A stretch of 64,000 bases of DNA from Candidatus Saccharimonadia bacterium. GTDB lineage: Bacteria; Patescibacteriota; Saccharimonadia; Saccharimonadales; JALRHH01. How positions within the stretch are numbered: position 1 is the first letter of the stretch; every line of letters starts with the position of its first letter. The translations under genes and the position numbers were made by a program. A model generated the notes under the pieces. That model ran no database searches and was not told the origin of the DNA. It saw only the letters and a list, made by a program, of their open reading frames with translations. The stretch covers positions 236,020 through 300,019 of the forward strand of contig JALRHH010000001.1 of the NCBI GenBank assembly GCA_023253175.1, written 5' to 3'. Below, in pieces: positions 27,994 through 37,424 of this stretch.

Positions 27994-28707
27994 GTGGGGG
28001 TATATAGCAATATTCAAATCCGTGAGGCACTAGAAACTGGGCACATTGTTTGCGTGCCATTCAATCCAAAACATGTCGCCCACGCCAGTCTTGATGTAAC
28101 ACTTGGTTATTACTACTACCGAACTGGCCAGTCAAAGCGCGGCTTTGTCTATAATCCATTTAGCGAAACAGATACAAAGCGCTACTTTGGCGAAGTCCAC
28201 CAGGCCGTCCCACACCAGGACTGGTGCAACGCCAATAACGTACAGCTTCAGGAAAACATCCCTGCAGACCACCCGGTCATCCCACTCCGTCCCGGAGAGC
28301 GCATTCTCGCGCACACCCACGAATTCTTTGGGATCAAGCCACCTGGCGCCTACCAGGTAAAAGCCCGTTCAAGCTGGGGCCGTAATGGTGTTGCTGTTTG
28401 TTTCGACGCGGGCTGGGTCGATCCAGGTTACATCAACCGCCTGACGCTTGAAATCTACAACCTAAACGAACACGAAACAGTGCTGCTGCCTGTTGGTGAG
28501 CGCATTGCCCAAGCTGTATTCCTCGAGACCGGTGAAGTAGAGGGCAGCTATGGTGAAGGCCGTGACAATGGAATGAGCGGCAAGTACCAACAGGGAACTG
28601 ATCTTGACGAAATTATTACCAACTGGCGCCCCGAAGCAATGCTTCCACGTGCATACAAAGACAGCCGCGTCCTTCCAGCGGAGATTAAAGGTTTAAAAGC
28701 ACGATGA
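27994..28707 (+). CDS. dcd: dCTP deaminase
   Basis: ASLDVTLG, ARSSWGRNG, AGWVDPGY, LTLEI, GERIAQ, KYQ; GTG start after GAGGGG. Confidence 0.9.
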   Translation: MGVYSNIQIREALETGHIVCVPFNPKHVAHASLDVTLGYYYYRTGQSKRGFVYNPFSETDTKRYFGEVHQAVPHQDWCNANNVQLQENIPADHPVIPLRPGERILAHTHEFFGIKPPGAYQVKARSSWGRNGVAVCFDAGWVDPGYINRLTLEIYNLNEHETVLLPVGERIAQAVFLETGEVEGSYGEGRDNGMSGKYQQGTDLDEIITNWRPEAMLPRAYKDSRVLPAEIKGLKAR

Positions 28708-31043
28708 GCAAAGAACGAGCACCAGCACCAGAAAAAGGTACATTCCTTGTTATAGAAGGTACTGACGGTTCCGGCAAAGGAACGCAGTTTAATCTCTTAG
28801 TAGAGCGCCTCACAAAAGAAGGCTACGACGTTGCTACCTTTGATTTCCCCCAGTACGACCAACCATCAAGCTTCTTCGTTAAAGAGTACCTAAATGGAAA
28901 CTATGGCTCTGCAGAGGCAGTTGGACCGTATACCGGTTCTCTTTTCTACGCGCTTGACCGCTACCAGGCAGCACCAGCTATTCGCGAAGCGTTGGAAGCT
29001 GGAAAGGTCGTGCTTGCAAACCGCTTTACAGGATCAAATATGGGTCACCAGGGAACCAAATTTGCCAATCACGAAGAGCGTCGTGGCTATTTTATCTGGC
29101 TTGATAATCTAGAATTCCAGATGCTTCACATACCTCGCCCTGACAAGTCGTTCGTGCTCCGTGTTCCAGCAGCAACCGCACAAAAGCTTGTTGATCAGAA
29201 AGCAGAACGATCATACACCGACAAAAAGCGTGATCTGCACGAAGCAGACCTGTCGCATCTAGAACGTGCCGTAGAAGTCTACGATGACCTCTGCAACTTA
29301 TTCCCTAAAGATTTCCAGCGCATTGACTGTGTTCGTGGGGGTGAACTCCTGTCAATTGATACGATTCAGGAAATGCTGTGGCAAACCGTAAAACCACTTC
29401 TACCAAATAAGCCTAAGAAGTCAAAGACAGCGGCAGTAACTAAAAAATCGGCCATAAGTGATGAAAATCCTTATGTAAAGAAGACCGAGACAGGATACAA
29501 AATAACTTCTGCCGGTAAAGCCTTCTTGGATGAAGCTGTTACCAGCACGGATGGCGATGTATACGCTTTCAACGAAACACTCAGCCCAACAACTGTTGCA
29601 GCCGCAATGGCGAGGCTAAGCCGCCGTGGCGATGATATGCGTATCACTATTTTGGATGAGTTTGCACACGCAATGGGCAAGGACGAAAAGCTACTACAGC
29701 GCGTTATTACCGCATATGGTGACGACTCTGTGCAGCAGCTCGTCGGACTGCAATTCGTCGTCGAAAATGCTTCTAATCTTTTGACTAAGAAACTAGAGTG
29801 GGGACGTCTTGCAGCCTACCTAGAACAATCCACACGCTACATCTACTTTGACCAAAAGGATGACAACGGCAAGTACAAGTACCACGTCCCAGATCATTTT
29901 GATGATGACACAACAGCTATTTACGTTGATGCCATGGATACTATTTTTGATAACTACTCGGATATGGTCCACAAACTGACCGAATATGTTGCGCATAATT
30001 CAGATACCCCAGAAGCAGAGCGTGACATTGCATGGAAGGGCGCTGTTCGGGCACAGGCATGTGATGCGGTTCGTGCGGTACTACCAGTCGCAACTAAATC
30101 TACAGTGGGTATTTATGCCTCTGGTCAAGCAACAGAGAACCTGATTATGAATCTACTCGCCGACGAGCTACCAGAAGCACGTAAAAAAGGCCAAGAAATT
30201 CTTGAGCAGGCCAGAAAGATCATTCCAACGTTCCTAGAGCGAGCCGACAAGCCAGAGCGCGGCGGTGCAACAATTGCCTACCGCGCCAATACTAAGAATG
30301 CTGTAGCGGAGCTTGCCAAGGAACTTCTGCCGACTAACCACGCAAGTGACACTGACGCAGTTACATTGACTAACTTCTGGCCACGCAACGAACTCGACCT
30401 TGTGCCTGACATGCTCTATGAACACAGCTCACTCCCACTCAATGAACTACAGAATGAAGTAAGTAAACTTAGCTACGACAAAAAGGAAGACGTATTCAAG
30501 GCCTACATTGGCGAACGACTGAACCGACGCCACAAGCCAGGCCGCGCACTTGAAAAAGCCCACTATTCATGGGATCTGGTCTGTGACTACGGTATTTTCC
30601 GCGATTTGCAGCGTCACCGTATGGTTGACGACCTAAACTGGCAGCTTCTAACACCGCGCTATGGTTATGATATTCCTGCGCTCATCGATGAAGCTGGTTT
30701 GACCGATCAGTTTGAGGCATGCTTTGACCTGAGTCTTAAGCTTTACAGCGTACTTCAGGAAAAGGGCTATGACCTAGACGCGCAGTATGCAACACTACTC
30801 GGTCACCGCATGCGCTGGAAGATTACCTATAATGCACGTGAGGCGTTCCACTTCCACGAACTACGTACCAGCCCTCAGGGTCACCCAGGCTACCGCAAGT
30901 TAGTGCTCGAGATGCACGAAAAGCTCGCGGAGGTGCATCCACTCATGGCTGAATCCATGAAGTTTGTGAACACCGGCGAAGACGAGACATTGACCCGTCT
31001 TGCAGCCGAACGCTACACGCAGTACAAACTGAACAATCTATAA
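28704..31043 (+). CDS. thyX: Thymidylate kinase fused to FAD-dependent thymidylate synthase (tandem ThyX domains)
   Basis: N-terminal Tmk EGTDGSGKGTQ, YALDR; ThyX motifs YGDDSV, EQSTRY, RDLQRHR, ELRT..QGH. Confidence 0.92.
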   Translation: MSKERAPAPEKGTFLVIEGTDGSGKGTQFNLLVERLTKEGYDVATFDFPQYDQPSSFFVKEYLNGNYGSAEAVGPYTGSLFYALDRYQAAPAIREALEAGKVVLANRFTGSNMGHQGTKFANHEERRGYFIWLDNLEFQMLHIPRPDKSFVLRVPAATAQKLVDQKAERSYTDKKRDLHEADLSHLERAVEVYDDLCNLFPKDFQRIDCVRGGELLSIDTIQEMLWQTVKPLLPNKPKKSKTAAVTKKSAISDENPYVKKTETGYKITSAGKAFLDEAVTSTDGDVYAFNETLSPTTVAAAMARLSRRGDDMRITILDEFAHAMGKDEKLLQRVITAYGDDSVQQLVGLQFVVENASNLLTKKLEWGRLAAYLEQSTRYIYFDQKDDNGKYKYHVPDHFDDDTTAIYVDAMDTIFDNYSDMVHKLTEYVAHNSDTPEAERDIAWKGAVRAQACDAVRAVLPVATKSTVGIYASGQATENLIMNLLADELPEARKKGQEILEQARKIIPTFLERADKPERGGATIAYRANTKNAVAELAKELLPTNHASDTDAVTLTNFWPRNELDLVPDMLYEHSSLPLNELQNEVSKLSYDKKEDVFKAYIGERLNRRHKPGRALEKAHYSWDLVCDYGIFRDLQRHRMVDDLNWQLLTPRYGYDIPALIDEAGLTDQFEACFDLSLKLYSVLQEKGYDLDAQYATLLGHRMRWKITYNAREAFHFHELRTSPQGHPGYRKLVLEMHEKLAEVHPLMAESMKFVNTGEDETLTRLAAERYTQYKLNNL

Positions 31044-31045
31044 GA

Positions 31046-31072
31046 AAAAGCTCCCTTGTTAAGGGAGCTTTT
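31046..31072. terminator. Bidirectional intrinsic terminator
   Basis: AAAAAGCTCCCTT-GTT-AAGGGAGCTTTT between convergent genes. Confidence 0.85.
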
Positions 31073-31093
31073 AAGTTTCCAGGATCCTAATTC

Positions 31094-31735
31094 TCATTTG
31101 ACATCAAATCCAGCAAAGGATAGTCGATACTTCACGTCATAATGTCCAATGCGAGGTTCGTCGTGGTGCTTTGGCATTCTATAGCGGTGAAGTTCGGTGA
31201 TCATGTTAACCATTGGGTTTTCCGTTGCAATCCTAAAAAGATAAGAACGGTGCGGTCTTGCCCAATTGAGATCAATCCGCGGTCGTCCATGATCAAAATG
31301 GCCACTAAGTCCAATCCTGCCTATAGTCGACCGAATGGCCTCGTCAGTTAGCTTACCGTCTCTATCGCAGATCGCCAGCTTAAGGTCTGGGAAAATCTCC
31401 TGAGTATCAACTTCTGGCAAGCTATCGTCATGCACGGCCTGAAGCATCGCATGTGCACTAGTATATATTGCACGATTGACTCTACGTACTTCCTGCCTAA
31501 TGGGCAGCGGTGTATTTTCTTTTGCAAAATGTTCAGTCATTGCACGAGAAGAGGCAGTCTTTATATCTTCACAGGTAACAATAGCTAGCCCACCTATAGT
31601 CTCCGCTAGCTCACCATGACGTTCAGGAATGTCAGTACTAATACTTAACAAGCCCTCGATAGGGGGCTCATCGTTTAAGCCGTACGACGTAGTGGCGGGC
31701 AGATCCGCGCCTCTCTCCAAACTCACAATACTCAT
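31094..31735 (-). CDS. Hypothetical protein (orphan)
   Basis: 213 aa ORF with its own consensus promoter upstream. Confidence 0.65.
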   Translation of the reverse strand: MSIVSLERGADLPATTSYGLNDEPPIEGLLSISTDIPERHGELAETIGGLAIVTCEDIKTASSRAMTEHFAKENTPLPIRQEVRRVNRAIYTSAHAMLQAVHDDSLPEVDTQEIFPDLKLAICDRDGKLTDEAIRSTIGRIGLSGHFDHGRPRIDLNWARPHRSYLFRIATENPMVNMITELHRYRMPKHHDEPRIGHYDVKYRLSFAGFDVK

Positions 31736-31863
31736 TTCTGTATCTCGTTTACCATATACATTTGTACATGAAGTTATATCTTTAAGACAATTTGACGAGA
31801 ACTAAATATTCAGTAATAACTTACATTATTCTTCTGGTGATATAATCATCACCTCAATATTAT

Positions 31864-31892
31864 ATTATAGCAAATTAAAGTTATATTGTCAA
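31864..31892 (-). promoter_or_regulatory. Consensus sigma70 promoter
   Basis: TTGACA-17-TATAAT on the minus strand. Confidence 0.75.
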
Positions 31893-31893
31893 T

Positions 31894-32757
31894 CTAACTG
31901 GAGCGTTCCAGAATTTCATCGCTCGTAATAATACCGGCTATTATCCTGTTAATACAGGCTACGCTTCCGTCTTCGAATGCAGGACAACCATTAAACGGAG
32001 CAGAAAGATCTGCCGATAGTTTACTTTGTACTGCTGTTTCAATTGTTAATCGACCAGCGCTCCGGGCCACCACTCTAAACTTAGAGGGATCAAACGTGAG
32101 TGTTTCATAATTGATGCTGTCATTAAAATCACCCGTGTCTTTTTGCAAATTCTTGATAATCAAGTCATTGCCGTGCTTACTGTGACGACTCATCTTTACA
32201 TTAAAGACCCGTGCTGATGCTAAGAGCTCTCGTCTTGCGGTGATCCGGCTTGTATCTGGGAACTTTAGGCGAGCAGATCGAACGAGTGACGGGATTACCT
32301 GGTAGACTGCCATACAAGTAAAAATACCTTCGCTGACGGCGTGGCTAACAAGCTGCTGACCTTCTTGCATAAAAACTTCTCTACGCTCTTCATCAGATCG
32401 TTCAGGGATAGGGGTGTGGTGTCTTAATTCACGATATCTATCATAGACATAGCCAATAGAGTTCCTGTAGGCATCGTCATCTCTTAATAAATCCCAGTGC
32501 GAGGCCACATAAGTATCAACTAGTTCACCGGCAAAAGCATGCCAGCCGGCTGGATCCGTAAAGTCCATATCTGTTGTATCAATAGGATAATTAGCAAGTC
32601 TCTTTTCAAATGTTTCCGTAGCGTGTCTAAACACATCGGCTGTCTGCACAAGTAGCTCCTTGCGCTCCCTGCTAAGCATCGGCCCACCAGCAACAGCGGT
32701 GTATGAACTTGTCTGGGGTGAATCGAGCACCCAAATTGGAAGTCTCTCTGATGACAT
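31894..32757 (-). CDS. Hypothetical protein (orphan)
   Basis: 287 aa ORF; C-terminal GCPA motif. Confidence 0.65.
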   Translation of the reverse strand: MSSERLPIWVLDSPQTSSYTAVAGGPMLSRERKELLVQTADVFRHATETFEKRLANYPIDTTDMDFTDPAGWHAFAGELVDTYVASHWDLLRDDDAYRNSIGYVYDRYRELRHHTPIPERSDEERREVFMQEGQQLVSHAVSEGIFTCMAVYQVIPSLVRSARLKFPDTSRITARRELLASARVFNVKMSRHSKHGNDLIIKNLQKDTGDFNDSINYETLTFDPSKFRVVARSAGRLTIETAVQSKLSADLSAPFNGCPAFEDGSVACINRIIAGIITSDEILERSS

Positions 32758-32800
32758 AAGCTACAACTTTACAATATTTTGCCTAAATTGTATAGAATCC

Positions 32801-32970
32801 TTGACATCAAATACTTACAGGTCTATAACGTTATGTATGCATTCAATCGCACAGAAGCTGATTATTCTACTCGGTCTATCAGGACTGTGCTTCAGTACGA
32901 TTGAAGCCTACCGCAAATAACGCGGCACAGCACAGTCCAAGACAACAGGCTTCAATCAGAAGTCTTTTTT
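32801..32970 (+). promoter_or_regulatory. Promoter and attenuator-like leader with a 27 aa leader peptide (32837-32920)
   Basis: TTGACA-17-TATAAC; competing stems GGACTGTGCT/AGCACAGTCC and GATTGAAGCCT/AGGCTTCAATC followed by a T-run. Confidence 0.55.
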
Positions 32971-32991
32971 AATTCTAAGAGGAAACAAGTA

Positions 32992-33231
32992 ATGTTTTTA
33001 CATCAATCAGTATCAAATGTAGTTGCACATGGGATGAGCAGCAGCGAGGAGGCAAAGTATCGCAACTGGGATGTTGACCCAGAGTTGTTACAAGACCCAT
33101 TTGATGTCGCGCAGGAGGCAGAGGCCAAGAGGGCAAGAGAGACCGAGGAAGAGGCCAGGGCAGCCGCCAGTCAGCACTACGTAGATCTCGAAGTTGGACG
33201 CATATCCGTAGCGGGAATGGTAGAAGAATAA
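32992..33231 (+). CDS. Small acidic hypothetical protein
   Basis: 79 aa, GAGG RBS. Confidence 0.55.
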   Translation: MFLHQSVSNVVAHGMSSSEEAKYRNWDVDPELLQDPFDVAQEAEAKRARETEEEARAAASQHYVDLEVGRISVAGMVEE

Positions 33232-33233
33232 TT

Positions 33234-33521
33234 ATGCGCGAGACAGATTACACCGAGCCACTCCATGTACTGCTTGATTGGCGCAAGCAGAATCAACCTT
33301 TTACAGAGGAGGAAAGTCGTTTCGTCGATAAGACTATCGATGACACAGAGAGGCAGATTATTGCATACGCAGGTTACCCAGATATACAAGAAGATGCGAC
33401 CATCGATGGTCTAGCAAAGCTTGAGGCTTTGAGGGTCACTGTCGCCGGACATGTTGCAAAAGTTGTCCCAATACGTACCGTATATGTGGTAACAAGCTCG
33501 CCCGTCCGCGAACAGGCTTAG
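33234..33521 (+). CDS. Small hypothetical protein
   Basis: 95 aa, starts 2 nt after the previous stop. Confidence 0.55.
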   Translation: MRETDYTEPLHVLLDWRKQNQPFTEEESRFVDKTIDDTERQIIAYAGYPDIQEDATIDGLAKLEALRVTVAGHVAKVVPIRTVYVVTSSPVREQA

Positions 33522-33563
33522 GACTTGTTATTTAAGGAGTAATCAAGTATAATTACTCCCAAG

Positions 33564-33670
33564 TTGCCAAAGACAGTGACTGACCATAGGTCTTAATTTG
33601 TCACCGAGGTACAAACAATCTCTTTTAGAGCGTTTGAACATCTTTGGAAACAGAGATGTTTTTTGTTTGG
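33564..33670 (+). promoter_or_regulatory. L10 ribosomal protein leader
   Basis: CCAAAGACAGTGAC...TTAA..GTCACCGAGG k-turn-like pattern then a terminator-like hairpin, upstream of rplJ. Confidence 0.65.
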
Positions 33671-33745
33671 CAACGCAAAATAACGGTGAAGCAAGTAGGT
33701 CGATCGTTTCATCACAGTTTTAAACCTAAATTCCAAAGGAATTAC

Positions 33746-34270
33746 ATGGCTTTAACAAAAGACAAGAAAAACGAAGTTATTGCAGAAGTTTCTGACTTGC
33801 TCAGCAGCTCTAAGATGACTGTCGTTGCAGCCTACAAGGGTACTCCTGTTAAGGCAATGCAGCAGCTCCGAAAGAACGGTGCCGAAAACGGTACTAAGCT
33901 TAAGGTTGTTAAGAACCGTCTTGTTATCCAGGCAGTAAAAGGCCAGGCTAACCTGAAGGATGTAGACACTTCTGCGCTAAACGGAATGCTTCTGTACGCT
34001 TTCAACAGCGAGGACGAAGTAGCTCCTGCAAAAACTTTGGCTGAATTCGCTAAGACTCAGCCAACCCTAGAGTTTGTTGGTGCAATCTCTCCAGAAGGAC
34101 ACTTTGTGTCAGCTGACGAGGTAAAGGCACTTGCAACCCTACCAAGCAAGAACGAACTTATCGGTTCTGTTGTTGCAACATTACTATCACCAGTCAACGA
34201 TGTTACCAACGCGCTTTCAGGCAACTTGCATGCATTACTTGATGGTGTTGAATCTAAGGCTACTGCCTAA
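33746..34270 (+). CDS. rplJ: 50S ribosomal protein L10
   Basis: MALTKDKK, KVVKNRL, LATLPSKNEL; AAGGA RBS. Confidence 0.97.
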   Translation: MALTKDKKNEVIAEVSDLLSSSKMTVVAAYKGTPVKAMQQLRKNGAENGTKLKVVKNRLVIQAVKGQANLKDVDTSALNGMLLYAFNSEDEVAPAKTLAEFAKTQPTLEFVGAISPEGHFVSADEVKALATLPSKNELIGSVVATLLSPVNDVTNALSGNLHALLDGVESKATA

Positions 34271-34291
34271 TTTAACTAAGGAGATTTAAAA

Positions 34292-34672
34292 ATGGCTGAT
34301 GTAAAGAAGCTTGCAGAAGAGCTAACTAAGCTAACTGTACTAGAAGTAAACGAACTAAAGACCATCCTTAAGGATGAATACGGCATCGAGCCAGCTGCTG
34401 CAGCTGTTGCTGTTGCTGGTCCTGCTGCTGGTGGCGACGCTGGCGCTGCTGCTGACGAGAAGAGCGAATACGACGTTGTTCTTAAGGATGCAGGTGCTCA
34501 GAAGGTAGCTGTTATCAAGGCTGTTAAGGACATTACTGGTCTTGGTCTTGGTGAAGCTAAGGCTATCGTTGACGGCGCTCCAAAGACTGTCGTTGAGAAG
34601 GCTAAGAAGGAAGACGCAGAAGCACACAAGAAGGCTCTTGAAGAGGCTGGTGCTACTGTTGAACTTTCATAG
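34292..34672 (+). CDS. rplL: 50S ribosomal protein L7/L12
   Basis: LTVLEVNEL, Ala hinge, [28 protein letters not shown]. Confidence 0.99.
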   Translation: MADVKKLAEELTKLTVLEVNELKTILKDEYGIEPAAAAVAVAGPAAGGDAGAAADEKSEYDVVLKDAGAQKVAVIKAVKDITGLGLGEAKAIVDGAPKTVVEKAKKEDAEAHKKALEEAGATVELS

Positions 34673-34700
34673 TTTAACCGCAGGTTACCCTGCACACGAG

Positions 34701-34736
34701 AAAACCGCCCGGGATACATCCCAGGCGGTTTTTTTA
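34701..34736 (+). terminator. Intrinsic terminator after rplL
   Basis: AAAACCGCCCGGGAT-AC-ATCCCAGGCGGTTTTTT. Confidence 0.85.
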
Positions 34737-35384
34737 TACGTGCAAATCTACAGAAAAGGGTGCGTCGCTGCGAATTAATTCATAAATTTCGCGTGTTCCT
34801 GCAACTAATTTAATACTGGTGTCAGCAAAATCGTGCCAAGCATAACGGAAGCGATCATCTTCGTCGGGCGCGTCGCCGTTATATGTTCCATAGTGTACGT
34901 GAGCAAAAACATGCGTCAGTAGCTCATCTTGGTAACTGATTTGTACATCAGCTATGCCACGATACTCCATCGGTATACTAGGCAAACCTTTTTCCTGCAG
35001 CTCGCGGGTAGACTGCTCCAAGAATGATTCATTAAAGTGCTGCGTGCCGCTCATGAACATACGGGTTCCGACATACGGCTGTGTTTTACGCTCGGCCAAT
35101 AGAAACTGACCCTCGCTATTCTCTAGAATTACGATGGCAATAAGCTTTGGCTGCCTATAGGGCTTTAGTGTGCCTGACTGTAGCCCATCAACGTACTGCA
35201 GTCCCTTATGCGCGAGACTATACCCATCCTCGGTTTTGTTTATAAAATCTTGCTTCTGCAGCTGCCTCAGATGATACATAAAGATATTGCTTTCCATGCC
35301 ATCTGGCTTCAGCTCGGAAAAGCGGAGCGATTCACTAGTCATCAAGCGCTCTAATATTTTGCGCTGAATGTGATGTTCAATCAT
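34734..35384 (-). CDS. Winged-HTH plus NUDIX-like domain protein (putative regulator)
   Basis: HHIQRKIL...LRFSELKP..ESNIFMYHLRQL wHTH; degenerate NUDIX box SG.....ESFLEQSTREL.EK. Confidence 0.75.
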   Translation of the reverse strand: MIEHHIQRKILERLMTSESLRFSELKPDGMESNIFMYHLRQLQKQDFINKTEDGYSLAHKGLQYVDGLQSGTLKPYRQPKLIAIVILENSEGQFLLAERKTQPYVGTRMFMSGTQHFNESFLEQSTRELQEKGLPSIPMEYRGIADVQISYQDELLTHVFAHVHYGTYNGDAPDEDDRFRYAWHDFADTSIKLVAGTREIYELIRSDAPFSVDLHV

Positions 35385-35431
35385 ATGAGGTTATTCTATG
35401 GTAAGTTTCTGATAAATCGCAAGCACGAGCG

Positions 35432-36067
35432 TTACGCCACGGCTACTTCACGGCTCAAAATGCTACTTGTAACCCGAGCCAATCTAGCGTCAAAATCATG
35501 GTCACTAAACACCTCAAACCCAGGGTGCATATCAAGCGTGCGTCTATTGTTATCACATGTTTGACGTGCCCCCGCAGCGTCCTCATAACGCGCGTCATTA
35601 GTGCTCATAAGTTTTTCATAGAGATCGGGGTCATGGTGCGCAAGACTTGGCATGTAGGCAATCTTGTTAACAAGCGTCAAATGAGGCGCACGGTCATAGC
35701 CAAGGCGACGAGTGATTTGCTCGTATTCATGTGGCTTTACGTAGGCAGCTACATCACAGCGATCAGCGAGAATAATACTATTTTTACCGGCTTCACTTTG
35801 CTGCGCCCGCTTAATCCCGCTTACAATCAGATCAAGAAGCTCCGTTTCAAGGTCTATAAATTCTGCACGGCTATTCTGGGCCAACCATGGCACATCAACC
35901 TGTTTTTCATTAATGAAGTCCGTAGCTACCTCGGGTAATACAACAAGGCGCACCCCTCTTTGGAGTGCCTGACGGGCGACGTACTCTACTGCTGTTGTTT
36001 TGCCGCCGCAAGGGCCACCCTCAAGCGCTACAGTGTATGGTTGTGATTCTGGTGATGTGTATCTCAT
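35432..36067 (-). CDS. AAA_28-family P-loop NTPase
   Basis: VALEGGPCGGKTT, VLPEVAT, ILADR, NDARYE. Confidence 0.8.
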   Translation of the reverse strand: MRYTSPESQPYTVALEGGPCGGKTTAVEYVARQALQRGVRLVVLPEVATDFINEKQVDVPWLAQNSRAEFIDLETELLDLIVSGIKRAQQSEAGKNSIILADRCDVAAYVKPHEYEQITRRLGYDRAPHLTLVNKIAYMPSLAHHDPDLYEKLMSTNDARYEDAAGARQTCDNNRRTLDMHPGFEVFSDHDFDARLARVTSSILSREVAVA

Positions 36068-36197
36068 AACCTTACAGTAAAAGGCTGTGGCCTATGTCGC
36101 AGTGGAATAGTTTTGAGTCAAAATGATTTGACTTACCTAAGCCCAACTCTTTGCTAGTATAGTTACACCGTATAGATAATTAATAAAGGAGAAGTCC

Positions 36198-36704
36198 ATG
36201 CCAGAAGCACTACATACCAATCCAGAACGAGCACCGCAGCCTAAAGAAATTGAGCGCAAATGGACTATAGTAGAAGCCCCGACCAATTTGCATGAATTTG
36301 ACCATAAAAGAATCAGGCAAGGCTACATTGCAATTGACGATCAGGGCACCGAGGTACGACTTAGGGACAAAGAAGGTACATACACTCTTACCGTAAAGTC
36401 AAAGGGTGACTTGGTACGCGGCGAGTTTGAGACACCTATCTCTGCTGATCAATTTGATAGCCTATGGGCAACAACAGAAGGTAAACGCGTTGAAAAGACT
36501 CGTTATTCTATACCATCAGATGAAAATACTATCGAGCTTGATGTATATGAGGGTGATCTGGCGGGTCTTGTGACAGCCGAAGTAGAGTTTACATCTATTG
36601 ACGCAGCATACCAATTTATAGCGCCGGACTGGTTTGGTGCTGATGTTACAGAAAATAGTGCTTACAAGAACCAAAACTTGGCTCAAGCCGGTCTTCCTCA
36701 GTAG
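36198..36704 (+). CDS. CYTH-domain (triphosphate tunnel metalloenzyme) protein
   Basis: EIERKW, IRQGY, VRLR, LTVK, KTRY, ELDVY, AEVEF, PDWFG.DVT...YKN. Confidence 0.9.
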   Translation: MPEALHTNPERAPQPKEIERKWTIVEAPTNLHEFDHKRIRQGYIAIDDQGTEVRLRDKEGTYTLTVKSKGDLVRGEFETPISADQFDSLWATTEGKRVEKTRYSIPSDENTIELDVYEGDLAGLVTAEVEFTSIDAAYQFIAPDWFGADVTENSAYKNQNLAQAGLPQ

Positions 36705-36782
36705 CGTCTTATACATATAAATACCACCAGCATAAAGGAGGGTGGTATTTATTTTTAGCTACTTTTGTGGTATAATATAAAC

Positions 36783-37274
36783 ATGAGTGAACCAATAAGT
36801 GACAAGGCACTATTCGAAAGTATTTCGCAGGTTGTTAAAGGTCATTACTACGGCAAAGACGACGATGTTCACATGTGGGAATACCAGTTAAGTGCTGCCG
36901 AAGTTGAAGAAGCAAACCGTATCTTAGTAGAACATGGTCTAGAGTCCGCTGATAAGATTTATTTAGGACGGGAGACAGAGCAGGGCGAGCAAGCAAATCA
37001 AGTCACTACAGAAATCAATAATATAAATCTGGATTCTAGTGGATTGATTCGCTACTACCACTTCACAAAGCACGGCGGTATGTCTGAAGTAATCGCTGAA
37101 AAGGATATTATGGTTGACGGTGATAGTACTGATCTTCGTGTATTACTCAGGTCCTGGCTAGGGCACACTGATCCACACGGTGGCCTTAGCGAGTACCACC
37201 AAGAGATGAAGCAGATCGAACTACAAGAGCGATTCGCACTTTCTGCACTCGTGCAACTCCTTAAATCTAAATAA
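36783..37274 (+). CDS. Hypothetical protein (orphan)
   Basis: ATG 36783 just after an extended -10 TGGTATAAT (near-leaderless). Confidence 0.6.
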   Translation: MSEPISDKALFESISQVVKGHYYGKDDDVHMWEYQLSAAEVEEANRILVEHGLESADKIYLGRETEQGEQANQVTTEINNINLDSSGLIRYYHFTKHGGMSEVIAEKDIMVDGDSTDLRVLLRSWLGHTDPHGGLSEYHQEMKQIELQERFALSALVQLLKSK

Positions 37275-37305
37275 AAACACACCTATAACGCTTAGTTCTA
37301 TTAAA

Positions 37306-37314
37306 TTATCCACA
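37306..37314 (+). promoter_or_regulatory. Perfect DnaA box
   Basis: TTATCCACA in the intergenic region upstream of the gene run leading to dnaX-dnaB. Confidence 0.5.
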
Positions 37315-37424
37315 GATTTATTTCAGATTCTTTGACAACTAGTCAGGCGCGTGGTACGGTAGAGCCAGAAGTATGCCTTGAGAGCGGCAATACTGGAGTA
37401 GAAAACAAAGCGAGAAACCTCACC

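Noticed and set aside
37306..37314. Chromosomal replication origin
   Set aside because: Only one DnaA box seen, no cluster, and dnaA/dnaN are not in the window; kept only as a possible regulatory site.
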